Source: Eledone cirrhosa
Taxonomy: Eukaryota
DNA: 64,000 nucleotides
Direction: 5' to 3'
NCBI GenBank assembly: GCA_964016885.1
Contig: OZ024741.1
Coordinates: 163,370,001-163,434,000, forward strand
This document shows positions 13,881 through 27,762 of this stretch, one piece after another (the first letter of the stretch is position 1; each line of letters opens with the position of its first letter). The notes under the pieces were generated by a model. It searched no databases. It was not told the origin of the DNA and saw nothing but the letters and a program-made list of their open reading frames with translations. Position numbers and translations under genes: made by a program.

Positions 13881-14098
13881 TCCTTTGTCAGTGTTGAACA
13901 AAAGGGCAACGATGGTTGCTAAACACTGTACGGCTTAATTCGGGATGTTTGTTTACAAACAAACCGAGCATTATAATAAATGCTCGGTAAATTCATATGT
14001 ACATATATATATATGTGCATTTATGTATATATATACATACTACTGTACGTCTGTATACATATATGTATGTACGTAAACATACTTATATATATATATAA

Positions 14099-14180
<82 letters not shown>

Positions 14181-15147
14181 TATGCAAGTATTGCACCAAG
14201 AAAATTATAAACTTCGGCGAGAAAAGAGAGTAAGAATTTATTGGCTTTAACTTATGTTTCTGTGCCTATTATAATAGTCTGCATATGCTGATTACAGTAT
14301 ACATTTTTCAATCATATGCATTACTTAATTATTTTCCACACCTCTTCAGGAAGCGTATCATTGTTTGTGGTAGTGTCTTTCCAGCATGCCGTAGAATTCA
14401 GGAATGAGATGTTCAATATAAAAATGATTTTTACAAGAATTTGTATATAATAGAAATATAAAATTCTTTTTTCCTATGACATATGACTTATCGTTACATT
14501 TTACCTTCACTTTTATTTTTCTATTATGTTGATGTCGTAACAAGCTTACTTATCGAAACAATAATATCTAATTGAATACCTATTATATTTGGCACTTCAG
14601 GTTTGTTTGCTTTATTTACCACCTTTGTCTTTTACTGCACTATTTGATGGTTACCTAGAATAATGACGTAATGACTCTAAAAAGTAATCGCCGTATCAAC
14701 ATGATAACGAAGATGCTTACTTAGACTTCGATGCTTCTACATTTTGTGACGCATGCGTCAGTCGTGTAATCATGTGGTGAAAAGAATACATTACATTTCA
14801 GAAGCATTGCGCCTGAGAATGAAATACTTATATATATATATAAGTGACACATGATTACGTATTGTCTATTCTCTTGTTATGCTACATTAAATATTTAAAG
14901 CGATTTCCGAACACACCCCTCTACGCGATTTTGTTGACAATTTATCATGATTTAAAATTCAGCTAATCTGTCCGATGTAGTTAGTACTTTACAATCTAAC
15001 TTTGCTTTCTATATTATATCTCCAAGAAACGATTATTTAACTAGGTTAGCATTTTAGCCTGATCTTGTCCCCTTTAGCTGTATTTTAATTGATCTGGTAT
15101 TAAATTCTCCACATAGCTCTCGTACACACAAACTCATTTACTTACAC

Positions 15148-15367
15148 CTTCTTCTTCTTCTTCTTCTTCTTCTTCTTCTTCTTCTTCTTCTTCTTCTTCT
15201 TCTTCTTCTTCTTCTTCTTCTTCTTCTTCTTTTCTTCTTCTTCTTCTTCTTCTTCTTCTTCTTCTTTTCTTCTTCTTCTTCTTTTCTTCTTCTTCTTCTT
15301 TTCTTCTTTTTCTTCTTTTCTTCTTCTTCTTTTTCTTCTTATTCTTCTTCTTCTCTTCTTCTTCCTC
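15148..15367. repeat. (CTT)n/(GAA)n microsatellite, tail of the RTE fragment
   Basis: Direct reading; explains the spurious poly-E/K ORFs. Confidence 0.95.
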
Positions 15368-15620
15368 CAACGGGTCCTCTCAGAAGAAACCGTCACCAAC
15401 TGATACGGCTGGATCCCCAAGCGTGACTAGCCGAGCTCATTAGTGTTATCCAACCATCTTGCTCGGAGTCTGCTCCTGGGTCTTTTGCCGGTTGGTTTTG
15501 CCCTAAAAATCCGTCCAGCGATTCTTTCCTGAGACATTCTAACTACATGCCTATAGTATCGGAACTCTAATCTCTCAATTCGGAGAAGTAGCGACTCAAC
15601 CTGGAGTGTTTACTCTTGTA
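15368..15620 (-). pseudogene. RTE-clade LINE 3' fragment
   Basis: rc translates FRYYRHVVRMSQERIAGRIFRAKPTGKRPRSRLRARWLD...RTRWR, the typical RTE C-terminus, followed by a (GAA)n tail. Confidence 0.7.
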
Positions 15621-16203
15621 TCACTAAATTATTCATAACATTTATACGTTCATATTACCTGGGTTCGATTTCAACACATTTCTCTCAACATTATCAATGA
15701 CTAAATATGTTAACACAACAATACTGAGTTTCAAATTTCCTAATTTCTCTAACGTTGAACAGATATCATCCAACCGAATAACGTTATTCCCCTGCAATAG
15801 TAACTTCCATGTTTCTTTGAATCGATAATTCTGCAATTTGCAGATTAATTTCCTTTGTAATAACCCATACTAATAGCTACTTATCTTCCAACGCCATAAT
15901 CTCTACGTATTAATTCAATTTATTTTTATATCAACTCCAAATATATGCAAAGTAATCAATGCCTATCAATCTCTCATTTCTTCACTCACCATTTCTGTGA
16001 GTTGTAGCCTTTATTCCCCTACGACTCTATCCCTACTGTCCATTATTAAATTTGTTAATAATTCTTAGTATTCATCTCTATTCCGTGAAGAATAAAAGAG
16101 TTTACAACCTGTAAGCGTTCATTTATACAATCACGCATACAAGTGAATGCCAAAATATCGTGCGCACATACCCACACATATATATAGGTATGTATGACAG
16201 ACA

Positions 16204-16343
<140 letters not shown>

Positions 16344-16575
16344 GGACGTACCGGAGGGTTCTTGCTGTTCCCAGCTAGCATGCCTTTTGAAGTGTTCCAA
16401 AAAAGCGGGGCTGGACTAATTCTTTAACCATCCTTGGAAACGCTTTGAGATAGTGTCCCAAACCACCAGGTTAGGCCTGTTGTATTCTAATTTCTGGTCC
16501 GTCTGTATACAAAAATCTCATAGCACCTTCACCTGATCGTTTTCTATCACCGACTCTGGCTTATGCTCATACCTC

Positions 16576-16576
<1 letters not shown>
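16344..16576 (-). pseudogene. Deleted fragment of R4/Dong-like family 2 (REL region)
   Basis: YEHKPESVIENDQVKVL is identical to 19526-20506 and 27819-28412; abuts (TAA)n. Confidence 0.8.
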
Positions 16577-16631
<55 letters not shown>

Positions 16632-16633
<2 letters not shown>

Positions 16634-19407
16634 AGCTGCATTTATCTTGCTTTATGTTCATACGAGTTATCACCAAGTCACAACCAGTGACCTCAAGAGA
16701 CAAGAAGGTCCGCCATGTTCAAGAAAGAACATACATACTCACACATGCATCTTTAGGTGTTTAGACTTGTGATGTACTTATATTGACAGAATCTTCCTTA
16801 GTATATGGGCAGTTCCCATTAGTACTATCTTTTGTATTTCTCCTATACGCGGGTTTGCTGGGATTTGCGATAAGTAATCATTAGACTCCTTAGGTATCAT
16901 TCCTAGAGCGCCTACTACCACTGGTATTGTTTTAGTTCTCAGTTTCCACATTTTTCCAATTTCTATCTCCAGGTCCTTATACTTGCTCAATTTTTCAAAT
17001 GTTTTTATAGATACATTCTTGTCTATTGGAACGGACATATCAATTAGCAGGCATACCCTCTTTTGAAAGTCCTTTAGTATTATATCAGGTCTATTTGCAT
17101 CTATTTTTCGGTCTGTTTGGATGCTAAAGTTCTACAAGATTGAGATGTGATCTTTTTCAAGTATGGGAGGTGGTTGATGCTCCCACCAATTCTTTTGATG
17201 GGGCAGGTCAAAATGCTTACACATTATCCAATGTATGTATTGTGCAGCTCTGTCATGCCTGTTTAGGTATTCGGTTGGAGCTATAGGACTGCACATTGAA
17301 ATTACATGATCAATGGTCTCTGGTTGTTTTTTACATACACGGCATAATGGGTTGCATCCATTTTTTATTATGTTGGTTTTGTAATTTTTTGTTGGCAGAC
17401 ACTGATCTTGTGCTGATATAATCAGTCCTTCATTCTCCGATTTCAGTCTAGAGGATGCCAACCACTGATGGGTTAAAGTTTTGTCAACATCAGGATTGTT
17501 AGCTCTTTCTGGGTATTTTCCATACAGAGGCTTTTCTTGCCATTTCTTAGCCAGTTTCTGTAGCAGTTCTTTCTTTGCAGTTACTTTTACCTGCTTTGCT
17601 TCTTCTGTGATTTCCATTTCAGCAGTAAATGGAACTTCTGAAATTTGTAGTCCATTACTGTATCTTTGTGCATCTTTTGTAATGGAGTATGATCTTTTGA
17701 TGCTTTCGTGTTTCAAAACGAGTTTGATCATCCAATCATGTGATTCCTTTAGATATGTAGATAATCCAATTGTTGCAGTTTTCAACGCAATATCTAACTG
17801 GATTAACCCACATCCTCCTTCTTTCCTAGCGAGATATATTATATCTGTATCTGCCTTAGGGTGATGCCTTCTGTGCATGGTTAAGATTTTCTAATTTTTG
17901 TATCGAGCCTACCGATCTCTGTGCTTGACCAGTTGATGACATTGTAACTGTAGGTTACTACTGGTATGGCAAGCGTGTTTATGGCATCGATCCTATTCCT
18001 TGCATTCAATTCCCTTCTTAAGATTGCTCTTACTCTGCGGTAACATTCCTTCCTTATCCTTTCCCTCATTGTCGAGCGCTTGATTCCGTCTCCTTCACAA
18101 ACACCTAGATATTTGTAAGTTTCCTCTTGTTCAAGTTCTCTTATCATATTACCCCGATCAAGATTAATGTCTGAACTTTTCAGCAGCTTTCCTCTGGTGA
18201 ACGTTGCTTTGGCGCATTTATCTCGTCCAAACTCCATTTTAATGTCATCACTGAACTACTCCACAGTGGATAATAGCCGTTGTAATTGTTCATCATTTTT
18301 TGCAAATAGTTTCAGGTCATCCATGTAGAACAAGTGATTAATAGTTTTGTCATAGACTTTATATCCATGTTTTGTTTCATTGAGCATTTTACTTAATGGT
18401 ATAAGTGCGATGCAGAATAAAAGCGGTGATAAAGAGTCACCCTGAAAAATTCCACAATTAATATTAACTTCTCCAGCTTCCAGTGATATTTTTTCACTAT
18501 TCAAAAGGAGTGTCGTTTTCGATGTCTTCATACTGAAAGAGAGGAACCTCCTGACAACGGGAGATATTTTTAAAATCTCTAAACATTTTTCAATCCAACT
18601 GTGTGGCAAACTATCGAATGCATTTTTTATAATCTATCCAAGCAATTGATAGATTTTTGTGTCTATTATGATAATCTTCCAGTATCATTTTGTTAACCAA
18701 AAGCTGATCCTTACAGCCATATGAGCCTCGTTTACACCCTTTCTGCTCATTGGGAAATAGGTCATTTGTTATCAGGTGGTCATATGTATATTCAGTTAGG
18801 ACTGATGTTAAAATGTTATACATTGTGGGCAAGCAAGTTATCGGTCTGTAATTTTTGGGATAGTTTGTCTCATCATTCTTCGGAAGCAGGAATGTAATGC
18901 CGTTAACTAGCCATAATGGTATCTTTTCTGGCTCCTTAACTATTTCATTGTAAAGTTGGGCTAACAGCTCATGAGACTCTGTGAAGGCATTTATCCAAAA
19001 ATGTGATATTTTGTCTTTTCCTGGGGATTTCCATTTGCTGGTTTTTCTAAGAGCCAAACGCAACTGTTCATCTGTTATATTTTCCCATATTTGTTCCTCA
19101 AGGTGGGCTGTATCTTTCAATTGTCTGTCTATCCATGGGGCATGTATATTATGAACTTTTTCTTCGGCCCTGATCTTTTCCCAGAATTCTTGCACTTCCT
19201 CCTTGGGTCGTATTGATTTAGCAGTTATTGTTGACTTGCCAATTTTTCTGTAGAAGTTTCTTTGGTGGTTTTTGAACATATTATTGTCCTTATAGAATCT
19301 AGATCGTTTTTCAAAGCGCCTTATACGAGAAGCTTTGACCGACACTTTTTGCTTGATTATTTTTATCAGCATGTCTATGTCACTTGTTGATTTTATACTG
19401 TAATTTC

Positions 19408-19410
<3 letters not shown>
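16632..19410 (-). mobile_element. R4/Dong-like non-LTR retrotransposon family 1, 3' part (RT + CCHC + REL), frameshifted
   Basis: KSPGKD, NYRPITCLPT, WIDYKK, GIFQGDSLSPLLF, HLFYMDDLKL, CRVC..ETIDHVISMC, RPDI, KYKDL, IPVVVGALG; (TAA)n at 3' end 16577-16631. Confidence 0.92.
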
Positions 19411-19448
<38 letters not shown>

Positions 19449-19449
19449 G

Positions 19450-20501
19450 TTCTTTGAGTCTCAGTCATTGATGTTAGTTAACTGGAAAGTTTGTTGAAAT
19501 GAATATCAAGCCACTACCTGCAGCCTCAGATATTCAGGACGTATCGGAGGGTTATTGCTGGTCCCAGCAAGCATGCCTTTTGAAGCGTTCCAAAAAGCGT
19601 GTCGGGACCAATTTTCTTTAACCATCCCTGGAAACTTTTTGAGATAGTACCTAGTGCGCCTATTACAATCGGGACCACTTTAACTTCATGGCAGTTCCAA
19701 ATACTTTTTACCTCCCACTTTAGGTCCTGGTATCGGTTAATTCTCTCCCTCTCCTTCTCTTGCACTCTCGTGTCGAATGGGCAGGCCATATCCACAATCA
19801 GGCACGATCTTTTTTCCTTGTCCAAAACCACCAGGTCAGGTCTATTGTGTTCCAGTTTCTTGTCCGTCTGTATCATAAAATCCCACAGCACCTTCACCTG
19901 ATCGTTTTCTATCACCGACTCTGGCTTATGCTCATACCACTTCTCAGAATGTGGTAAATTGTTTACTCTGCATAGGTGCCAGTGGATCACCCTGCCCATC
20001 ACATCATGTCTCCAGCCCTTATAGTGAGTCTGGGCTAGGTGTTTACACTCGGATACAATGTGAGCCACAGTCTCCTCTCTCTCTCCACAGATCCTGCACA
20101 GTGGGCTAGCCTCCTCCTTGTAAATATGGTGTTTCAACCACTTCGTTTTGAGGGCCTGCTCTTGCGCAGCCATTAGCATTCCTTCTGTAGCCTTTTTAAG
20201 GTCTCCTCTTTTCAACCAGTTCCATATCTGTGGATCTCTGAATTCAGTTTTCTCAAAGAAGGTATTATGAAGGGATTTTTCATGAAGGCTGCTCTTTCTC
20301 CTTGTTGTTATTTCCTCCTTGGACATCCCCTGGTCTATTGTCCTCTCCTTCAGTACAGTTCTGAGCATTGGCTCCTTACTATCAGTCACGTATTTGTGTA
20401 GGTTGTTTTTCTCCATCTGACCACAGTCCTCTATGCTGATAAGACTTCTTCCACCTCCAGATCTCCTCAAGTAGAGTCTATCGACATCACTCCTCTTGTG
20501 G
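19450..20501 (-). mobile_element. R4/Dong-like family 2, 5'-truncated copy (CCHC + REL domain)
   Basis: ORF 19526-20506 with CRICG..HIVSEC, NRPDLVVLD, DMACP; 3' UTR essentially identical to 27763-27838; (TAA)n at 19411-19449. Confidence 0.92.
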
Positions 20502-21935
20502 GGCATGTATATTATGAACTTTTTCTTCGGCCCAGATCTTTTCCCAGAATTCTTGCACTTCCTCCTTGGGTGGTATTGATTTAGCAGTTATTGTTGACTT
20601 GCCAATTTTTCTGTAGAAGTTTCTTTGGTGGTTTTTGAACATATTATTGTCCTTATAGAATCTAGATCGTTTTTCAAAGCGCCTTATACGAGCAGCTCTG
20701 GCCGACACTTTTTTCTTGATTTTTTCTATCAGTATGTCTATGTCACTTGTTGATTTTATACTGTATTTTCTTTTCAATTTTCTAAGTTTAGTTTGTTTAA
20801 CATGTTCACCTACTTTGTAGTTTGTTAAAATTTCTATGTCAGATCGGAGAAGGTTTATTTGGCGATTGGTGTTCTGTTGCCAAGTAGATTTCTTGTGGGA
20901 ATTCCTTTGTTTTTTCATTTTCACTCCACATAAGTTAGTGGTGATTTTAGCCGATGCATAATAGAGATGCATCAGTAATGTTTAGTTTGTTTGTGATGAT
21001 AATGTTTTTGAGAATTGTGTTAGTCTTGTGTATTATCTTTTGGTTCTGTTTGGAGTTCTGGATCTTAGGGAGGGTGTCTCGTTCCCCCATGTCAGATTCT
21101 TTCATTTTCATCCATTTGATCATAATTTCCTCCTTCAAGTAGGCAAGTTCATTCTTATTCATTTCTTTATCATTTACGATCTCATTGTTTTCATCTTCAG
21201 CATGCACTCCCTCCACTTGTTCGATCCTTTCTTTAATTTGTTCTGCTGTCAGTGATTCCGCCCCAACCCTGGGATTCGCAGTGTTACAATTTACCTCGTT
21301 TTCACTGACACATGTTTCATTTTCCCTTCGCTGACTTTGTGCTAATAGCTTTATCTGATCGATTTCTATATCAGTTAGTAACATTTTTTTAACAATATTT
21401 CTTCGTATATTGGTTAGTCTGTTACTGTCAATATAGCCTCTGTTTTCGGGATGTTTCTTTTTCCAGTTGATATATGTCTGTTCTGTATTCGATCTATTTG
21501 ATGGGTAGTACATGGCAGTGTAGAAATCCTCAAGGACCTCTTTATTGTCTTCCCTTGACCATTTTTCTCTCTTTTTCTTTGGATTTCTTGGTGGTGAGCA
21601 TGGAGGGCCAACAGTAGGAGTATTCCAGTTATGGGAGGTCTCCAGCTCCGAAGTGATGGGAAGGTTTGAACCATTAGCTGATTTTTCGACCCTAATCTGG
21701 TTCCTCTCTGAGGGACGCGGCCCTTTTTAACCCGGGTGACGGCCGATCCGGTATGAGATTTTATCATTTGACATTTACTTTATTTTGTCGCGTTTTATCC
21801 TTAACCGCCAAAGGGTAATCATTTCGTGTTACCACTTCTAGAACGAGTGTCAACCAAGACTAGAGGGGTCGTCCTCACCTAGAGACACGGATTTACCCCG
21901 CCGGCCGCCATCCCGGTATTTCTTGGTCACGGCTT
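20499..21935 (-). mobile_element. R4/Dong-like family 1, 5' part (5' UTR and N-terminal ORF)
   Basis: ORFs 20487-20972 and 20947-21513; 20499-20773 duplicates 19136-19410; ATG at about 21774 preceded by a GC-rich UTR. Confidence 0.85.
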
Positions 21936-22899
21936 TTCTTTTTTGTTGTTTTTTAAATTGTTATTATCATGAGTGGTTCCTTAATGTGAGCATTGTGTGG
22001 CTTAAGAATGAAGTTGCCTGTTATTGTTGTTGGCTATGTCGGTGGTAGTGCTGGGGCTTTTTCTATTGTTGGTGGTGAAGGGGGAGCCAGCAGTGCCATA
22101 GTCGTTGACGTTTGACCGAGACACTAAGTCAGTCTATTTATATATTTTGCTAGCCTCTTCCTTGTCTAGTGATACCGCCACCTTCCCCTTTCTTAAGTTA
22201 ACAGAAGGTAGTGGGGGAATAGTGGTGGTAGCAATGAAGGAGTGGTTTCGGCGGTGATGGGATAGTGGTAGCAATGATGGAGTGGTGGCGGCGCTGACTA
22301 TAGTGATCGCGTTGTCGTTACTGAGTTTTGTTGAATAGACTGTAGTAGTATGCGTTTGTTTGATCTGTGTATCTATGCGGTTTGTCGCGTATGTTTAATA
22401 TATGTGTTGACATATTTTCTTAATATTTGAATTAAACATTTTGAGAAAACTTGAGATACAATAATAGTAATTATTATTATTATTATGCAGGGATAGATGG
22501 TGGTGTTGTTGAAATTGCCGTTATCTGGCTGTTGTATTTAGTGTACACATAGGGGTGATGGGATAGGTGGTGTATCTAGTTTCTGGTGTTGGTGAAATTG
22601 CTGTTATTTGGCTGTTCTATATAGTGTAGACAGAGGGGGTTTTCTTCCATTTATAACCATTTTCTTTTTTGAATATAAAATGTATAATACAAAATTGAAT
22701 ATTTGAGCGATATAACAGGATAATATGGATCCGAATTTTCTGAAAGCTGAGTCTGGTGCTTTGTGTCTCATTTGTACTAAGAATTGTTATATCACAATTG
22801 TTTTAAATATGTTAAAAATCAAAAACTTACGGGAGCCATTTCATAATGTTCTATCCACCACGTGCGTCTTCTTCCCTTCTTCTTCTTATTATTATTACT

Positions 22900-25800
22900 C
22901 TTCGCTACACCAGAGGAAGCCAGAGCACACTCCATTGCACCACTCCGCAGCGACGAAATCACATTGATGCCCACATATTGCGGCCAGAGAATCGTAAAGT
23001 TTCGAGTTGGCCAGGTTCCACCCTCGGTGGAGATGGCGTGGCTGAAGATTCAACAACCATACTCAACGTGATACGAATAAGATAGGAAAATTGGACAGGG
23101 TCGAGGATGGAGCTAATCATCCAAACAAACCACGAAAGCGTTGAGGCCATCCCCGATGTAATAGACCTACCCATCTACCTGTGACTGTCGAAGGTAGGCG
23201 CCCAAGGTGTCATGGATGCGGTGACAAGACGCACCTTAAGGCATTCTGCCCCCAAATTACCAAAACAGGCACGCGCCCACCCATTTCCCCACGCCGTGCC
23301 ACGCAACTGGAGCAGACAAACAAACAAAGAACACAGTGGCAGAAGAGAAATCACCATCCCCAACAACAAAAACACCATATCTTCCACCACCCACAAATCC
23401 AATGGAAAGCATACCCCTTCCTGATATAGCTAAATCGGACAAGGAGTGCGATGAGGTCGAAGAGTGGAGTACTATTCTAACAAAAAAAGGAAGAACTTCC
23501 TACCCTCATCTCCCCCCAAAAGAAAAGAGGAAGAAAGAGCCTTCAACAAAAAGAAAACGAAAACAACCCACCTCCTCTACCACCATCAACAGCCACACCC
23601 CCACAGCCACCTACACCATCACCACCACAAACACAAACACCACCGCCACCGCCACCACCACCGCCGCCACCACCACCACCACCCTTACCATCTACCCCAT
23701 CGTCACCTCCAACAACACGACAGCAAACACAGAAAACACGAACACGCCAACAGCAGACACAATACACAGCCATAGACACAGACAACACAAAGCTTTTAAA
23801 TTACATTCAACACCACAGCAACATCACAGAAACAAACTACGTACAAACCACCAAAATTGCACGCCACACACACATAAAAATAATAGAAATTACACACAAA
23901 AATTACATAACATAAAAAAAATGTTCCCCACATCAATTGGAGACTACTGAGGGAACATCACCAAAAGAATATTCACGGATATTCTCGCGGATAAACCCAC
24001 CAATGGTCGGAGGGATGGATGACCCACCCCGTTCCTAAAGAAGAGCCACAGGTAGTTTTTTGTACCTCTCCCCTCTCACTTGTTTTCCTCCTATCCTAGC
24101 CAACATGGCTACTCTTAGGTAGCATAAATGTACGTGGCCTGGGGTCGTTAAACATAGATGTGGTGGCCATCAGCGAGACCAGAATCTTCGAGGCACGGGC
24201 CTTCGCACCGATCTTCGGCGGCTACGATGTGTACGCATCTCCCAGCCGTCATGGATCGGGGGGAGGAGTTGCTATGCTTTTTCGGAGAGGTTTGGATCTC
24301 GCTAAACGGGCCATCTTCCTGGACCCAGAAGGTAAGTTGGTGGTGCTGGACGTGACCAGCGGAGACGTGCTAGCTTTCAGGCTAGTGGCCGTCTATGCCC
24401 CGACAGGAGCAGGGCGGCCTGATTTCTTCCGGCGTCTGGAGACCTTTCTTGGAACGTCCCGCTCTTTAGTGTTAGTGGGCGACTGGAACGAGATCTTAGA
24501 TGCACGCTGGGACTGTGTGGGATTAGCAAGAGCCTTACCAACCTGCTCAGGCGTTTTGAACTGTCTGACAGGTACCGATTGGATTTCCCGAATGTGCCAA
24601 TGTGGACTTGGACAAACCGCATAGGGTCATCCAGATCATATCCAGATAGAGTATTTTTTAGGGAAATAGATAGGTCTAGCATAGGCTGTCCAGAATTGAA
24701 GATAGTCAGCTTCACGGATCACACATTCCTGATCTGTGTGGTTGACTTAGATAGGCTTCATAGACAAGGACCCGGCTACTGGAAGCTAAACGCGTCTTTA
24801 CCAACGCACAAAGCCTACAGAGACCGGATTAGCGAACTAGTTAAGCGGGCGTTGACGGGGGCCATCGTCAACAACAAGTAGTGATTTGCTTTGAAAAGAG
24901 TGATTAGAATAGAGTCCATTAGGTTTAGTAAGGCTTTAGCTATAGATAAAAATAGAGCAGAGGGAGAACTAGTTAGAAAATTAGACGAGGCGCTTAGCAA
25001 AGGCATCGCGACCGACGTACTTGCGTTGAAATTGGCCTTTGAACAATTCTTCAATGTAAACCACGAAGGCTGCGTTGTCAGAGCTAGGGTACGTGCTCTC
25101 AGACACGAGGGGACGAAAGCCGTTCAATGGGCCCGAGTGGCGGAGGCGCGTCGTGGCAACAAAAGCCACGATCCGGTCTTTGGTGGACCACGACGGGCGC
25201 ATGCTACTCGATCCTGGGCAAATGTGTGAAGCTTTCCAGCGACACTTCGCTCAGCTGTTCGGGGGCAGCGGCGGACCGGATCGGGGGATGGACTTTAGTG
25301 TCTTCCTCGACGGACTGCCGCTGCTCCCGGCCATTGAGGCGGGGTGTTGCGAAAAGGCGATAACAGCCGCTGAAGTACGGGAGGCAATGACTGGCTGCAC
25401 AAGGGGTAAATCGCCTAGTTTGGATGGTCTGTCCTATGAACTTTGCGTACAAATACCAGACTTGTTCGGAGGCCTCTTGGCGGACATATACTGCAACTGG
25501 CAACAGAACGGGAGCATTCCCAGCTCTGTGAGCCGAGGAGCGGTGGCGCTGCTGAGAAAGGGTCCGAACAAGGGGGATAACATAGATAATTTCAGGCCCA
25601 TAACTCTGCTAAACACAGAGTTTAAGATTTTGGCCAAGGTGCTAGCAAAGAGGTTGGCGCTTGTCGTTGGTGGTCTGGTGGGAGAGGCGCAGACATGCGC
25701 CATTCCCGACAGATCCATCCACGACAACCTCCACCTCATGCGATACATCGTAGAGAGGGTAGCTAGGGAACCTGGCACGGGTGGGTCTTTGATCAATTTA

Positions 25801-27647
25801 GATCAGTCGAAAGATTTCGATAGGGTCGACCATCGTTACCTAGCGGCAGTCCTGAGGGCGGCTGGCTTTGTGCCCGTCTTCAGAGGCTGGATTGCTGCAA
25901 TGCACAGCGACATCTGCTCTGTGGTGAGAGTGAACGGTCATCTTTCGAACCGTTCAAGATCATGCGCTAGGTCCGCCAAGGATGTCCCCTCTCGTCCCTC
26001 TTGTACGTATTGACTCTCGAGTCATTACTGCACAAACTGGAGACGTTGAGAGGGGTCCCACGGGAACTAGGATTCGGAAGATCCGTGTCAGCATATGCGG
26101 ACAATGTCGCCGTAGTGGTGTCGAACGCCAAACACATCGAGCCGATCGGCATTACACTAAGAGAATACGAAGCGGTGACAGGAGCAATGATCAACTAGGA
26201 TAAGTCTTTCGTCCTGCAGCTCGGCACCTGGAGAGGCAGGTCCATGCCGTCCAACAGCGGCGTCGGGCGCTGGACGGACGGGCCGGTTAAATTGCTAGGA
26301 GTCTGGTTCGGTTCGGACCTCCAGACGGGCAAAAACTGGGACGAGGTGACGAGCAGGGTGGCTTCTGTCACCCAGAAATGGGCGGAGGGGAAGCTATCTC
26401 TGAAAGGTCGAGCGGGGGTGGCTAACGCGTACATCGCGTCCGTCATCTACTACCGCCTGACCGTCGTAACTTGTCCTAAGCCCGTCTGACTGCGCTGGAT
26501 CGTTTGCTCTTTCGCTTTTTGTGGAAGGGACGCGCTCCGATCGTCAGGCGGTCCATCTGCTGTCAACACCCGCTACGTGCATGGCTGGGCATGCCGTGGC
26601 TGATGATGCACAGACACGCGCTCAGGCTACATCTCCACCACTTCCTCGACGGTGATCAGGTGTGGTCGCCGTTTGCTAGACGCGTCTTTCCCCAGCTCGT
26701 CTCCTTGACGGAGCTGCAGTCCTGGGTTAAGCGAAGACCGAGAGGAAGCGCTTGGAGACTGGAATGTCTTCAGGCGCTCACAGCCCTCAACCAATCGGGA
26801 AATGTGATCGGTGGAAACTCCACCTCGGTGTTCTATAGAAGATTAGTGGAAGGGAAGAGTGACGACGTACTTGGGGAGACTCTAGGCGTCGACGAAAATC
26901 AACTAGCCAATCTCTTCGGAAGAACTTTCGGGCCGGGGCCTATGGACAACTTCTAGGCATGGAGGTGCCGTCAGCCGGGCATGTCCGTGATGCGCGCAGG
27001 GCGACGAAACCGTCCTGCACGCACTCGTCCAGTGTCCGTGCATTGCTGACTTGTGGGTTAATGTCGAACATCTGCTGTCACGTGTAGAACGGATCCGACT
27101 ATCAGCTGAGTCCATCGTGAGGATTGCCCCGCCCTCTTCCTTTAGCCGGGAGAGGCAGGCAGTTTTTAACTCTCTGGTGGCCATGGCGAAAGAGATAGTA
27201 TGGTGGACACGTCTGAAAGGGCTGAAGACGAGCACTTTCCTCTTCGGTGATGCCCTGATTAACTTTTTCAGATTTCATTTGAAAAGGAAATTCAGGGTAG
27301 AGAGGGAAGTGCTCTCTTCCCAGCATTTTGTTGAAAGATGGGTGAGAGAAGCAAGTATGGCCCGAGTGAATGGGCCTACTCTGAGTATATGTCTGTAAAT
27401 TAAAGGTGGAAAACTGGGAGAGGGCACTTGCCCTGGTGGTCAGGGTCACTGTGGCCTTTTAATGGGCTTTCTCCACAAATGTCCCTCGGAAGTCTCCCCC
27501 CTATTGGGGAATTTTTCATTGTTATTTTTTATTACATCTTCTGTTTTTGTTTTTTACACGCAGAAATGCCCATTTGTACCGTCCTGTATTGTCCTGTACT
27601 GTCCTTAATGTCTACTTTATGTAAACCCTTGTGGTTAATAAAGAAAG
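22900..27647 (+). mobile_element. Tx1/L1-like LINE (partial ORF1 with zinc knuckle; ORF2 APE-RT), decayed
   Basis: ORF1 CHGCGDKTHLKAFC (CX2CX4HX4C); ORF2 from 24105 with NVRGL, VAISET, VAVYAP, LVGDWN, GPGYWKLN, KSPSLDG, FRPITLLN, DQSKDFDRVDH, SAYADN; AATAAA and (ATT)n tail at 27648-27673. Confidence 0.92.
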
Positions 27648-27674
27648 CATTATTATTATTATTATTATTATTAT

Positions 27675-27752
27675 CCCTTACGGGGTCGATAAAATAAAGT
27701 AGCAGTAATGCACTGGGTAATTGCTGGCCTTGTGACTAAAGTAGAATCAATT
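27675..27752 (+). mobile_element. SINE 3' fragment between the Tx1 and Dong tails
   Basis: Matches the SINE core and tail at 42180-42258. Confidence 0.75.
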
Positions 27753-27762
27753 ATTATTATTA

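Larger units (their letters stand above)
13168..14088. mobile_element. Family B non-coding HHR element: ~1.25 tandem 425-bp units (minus) plus an inverted copy (plus), in (TA)n
   Basis: AATGGAAAAA.. repeats at 13171 and 13596; 13710-14088 is the reverse complement of about 13225-13600. Confidence 0.85.
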
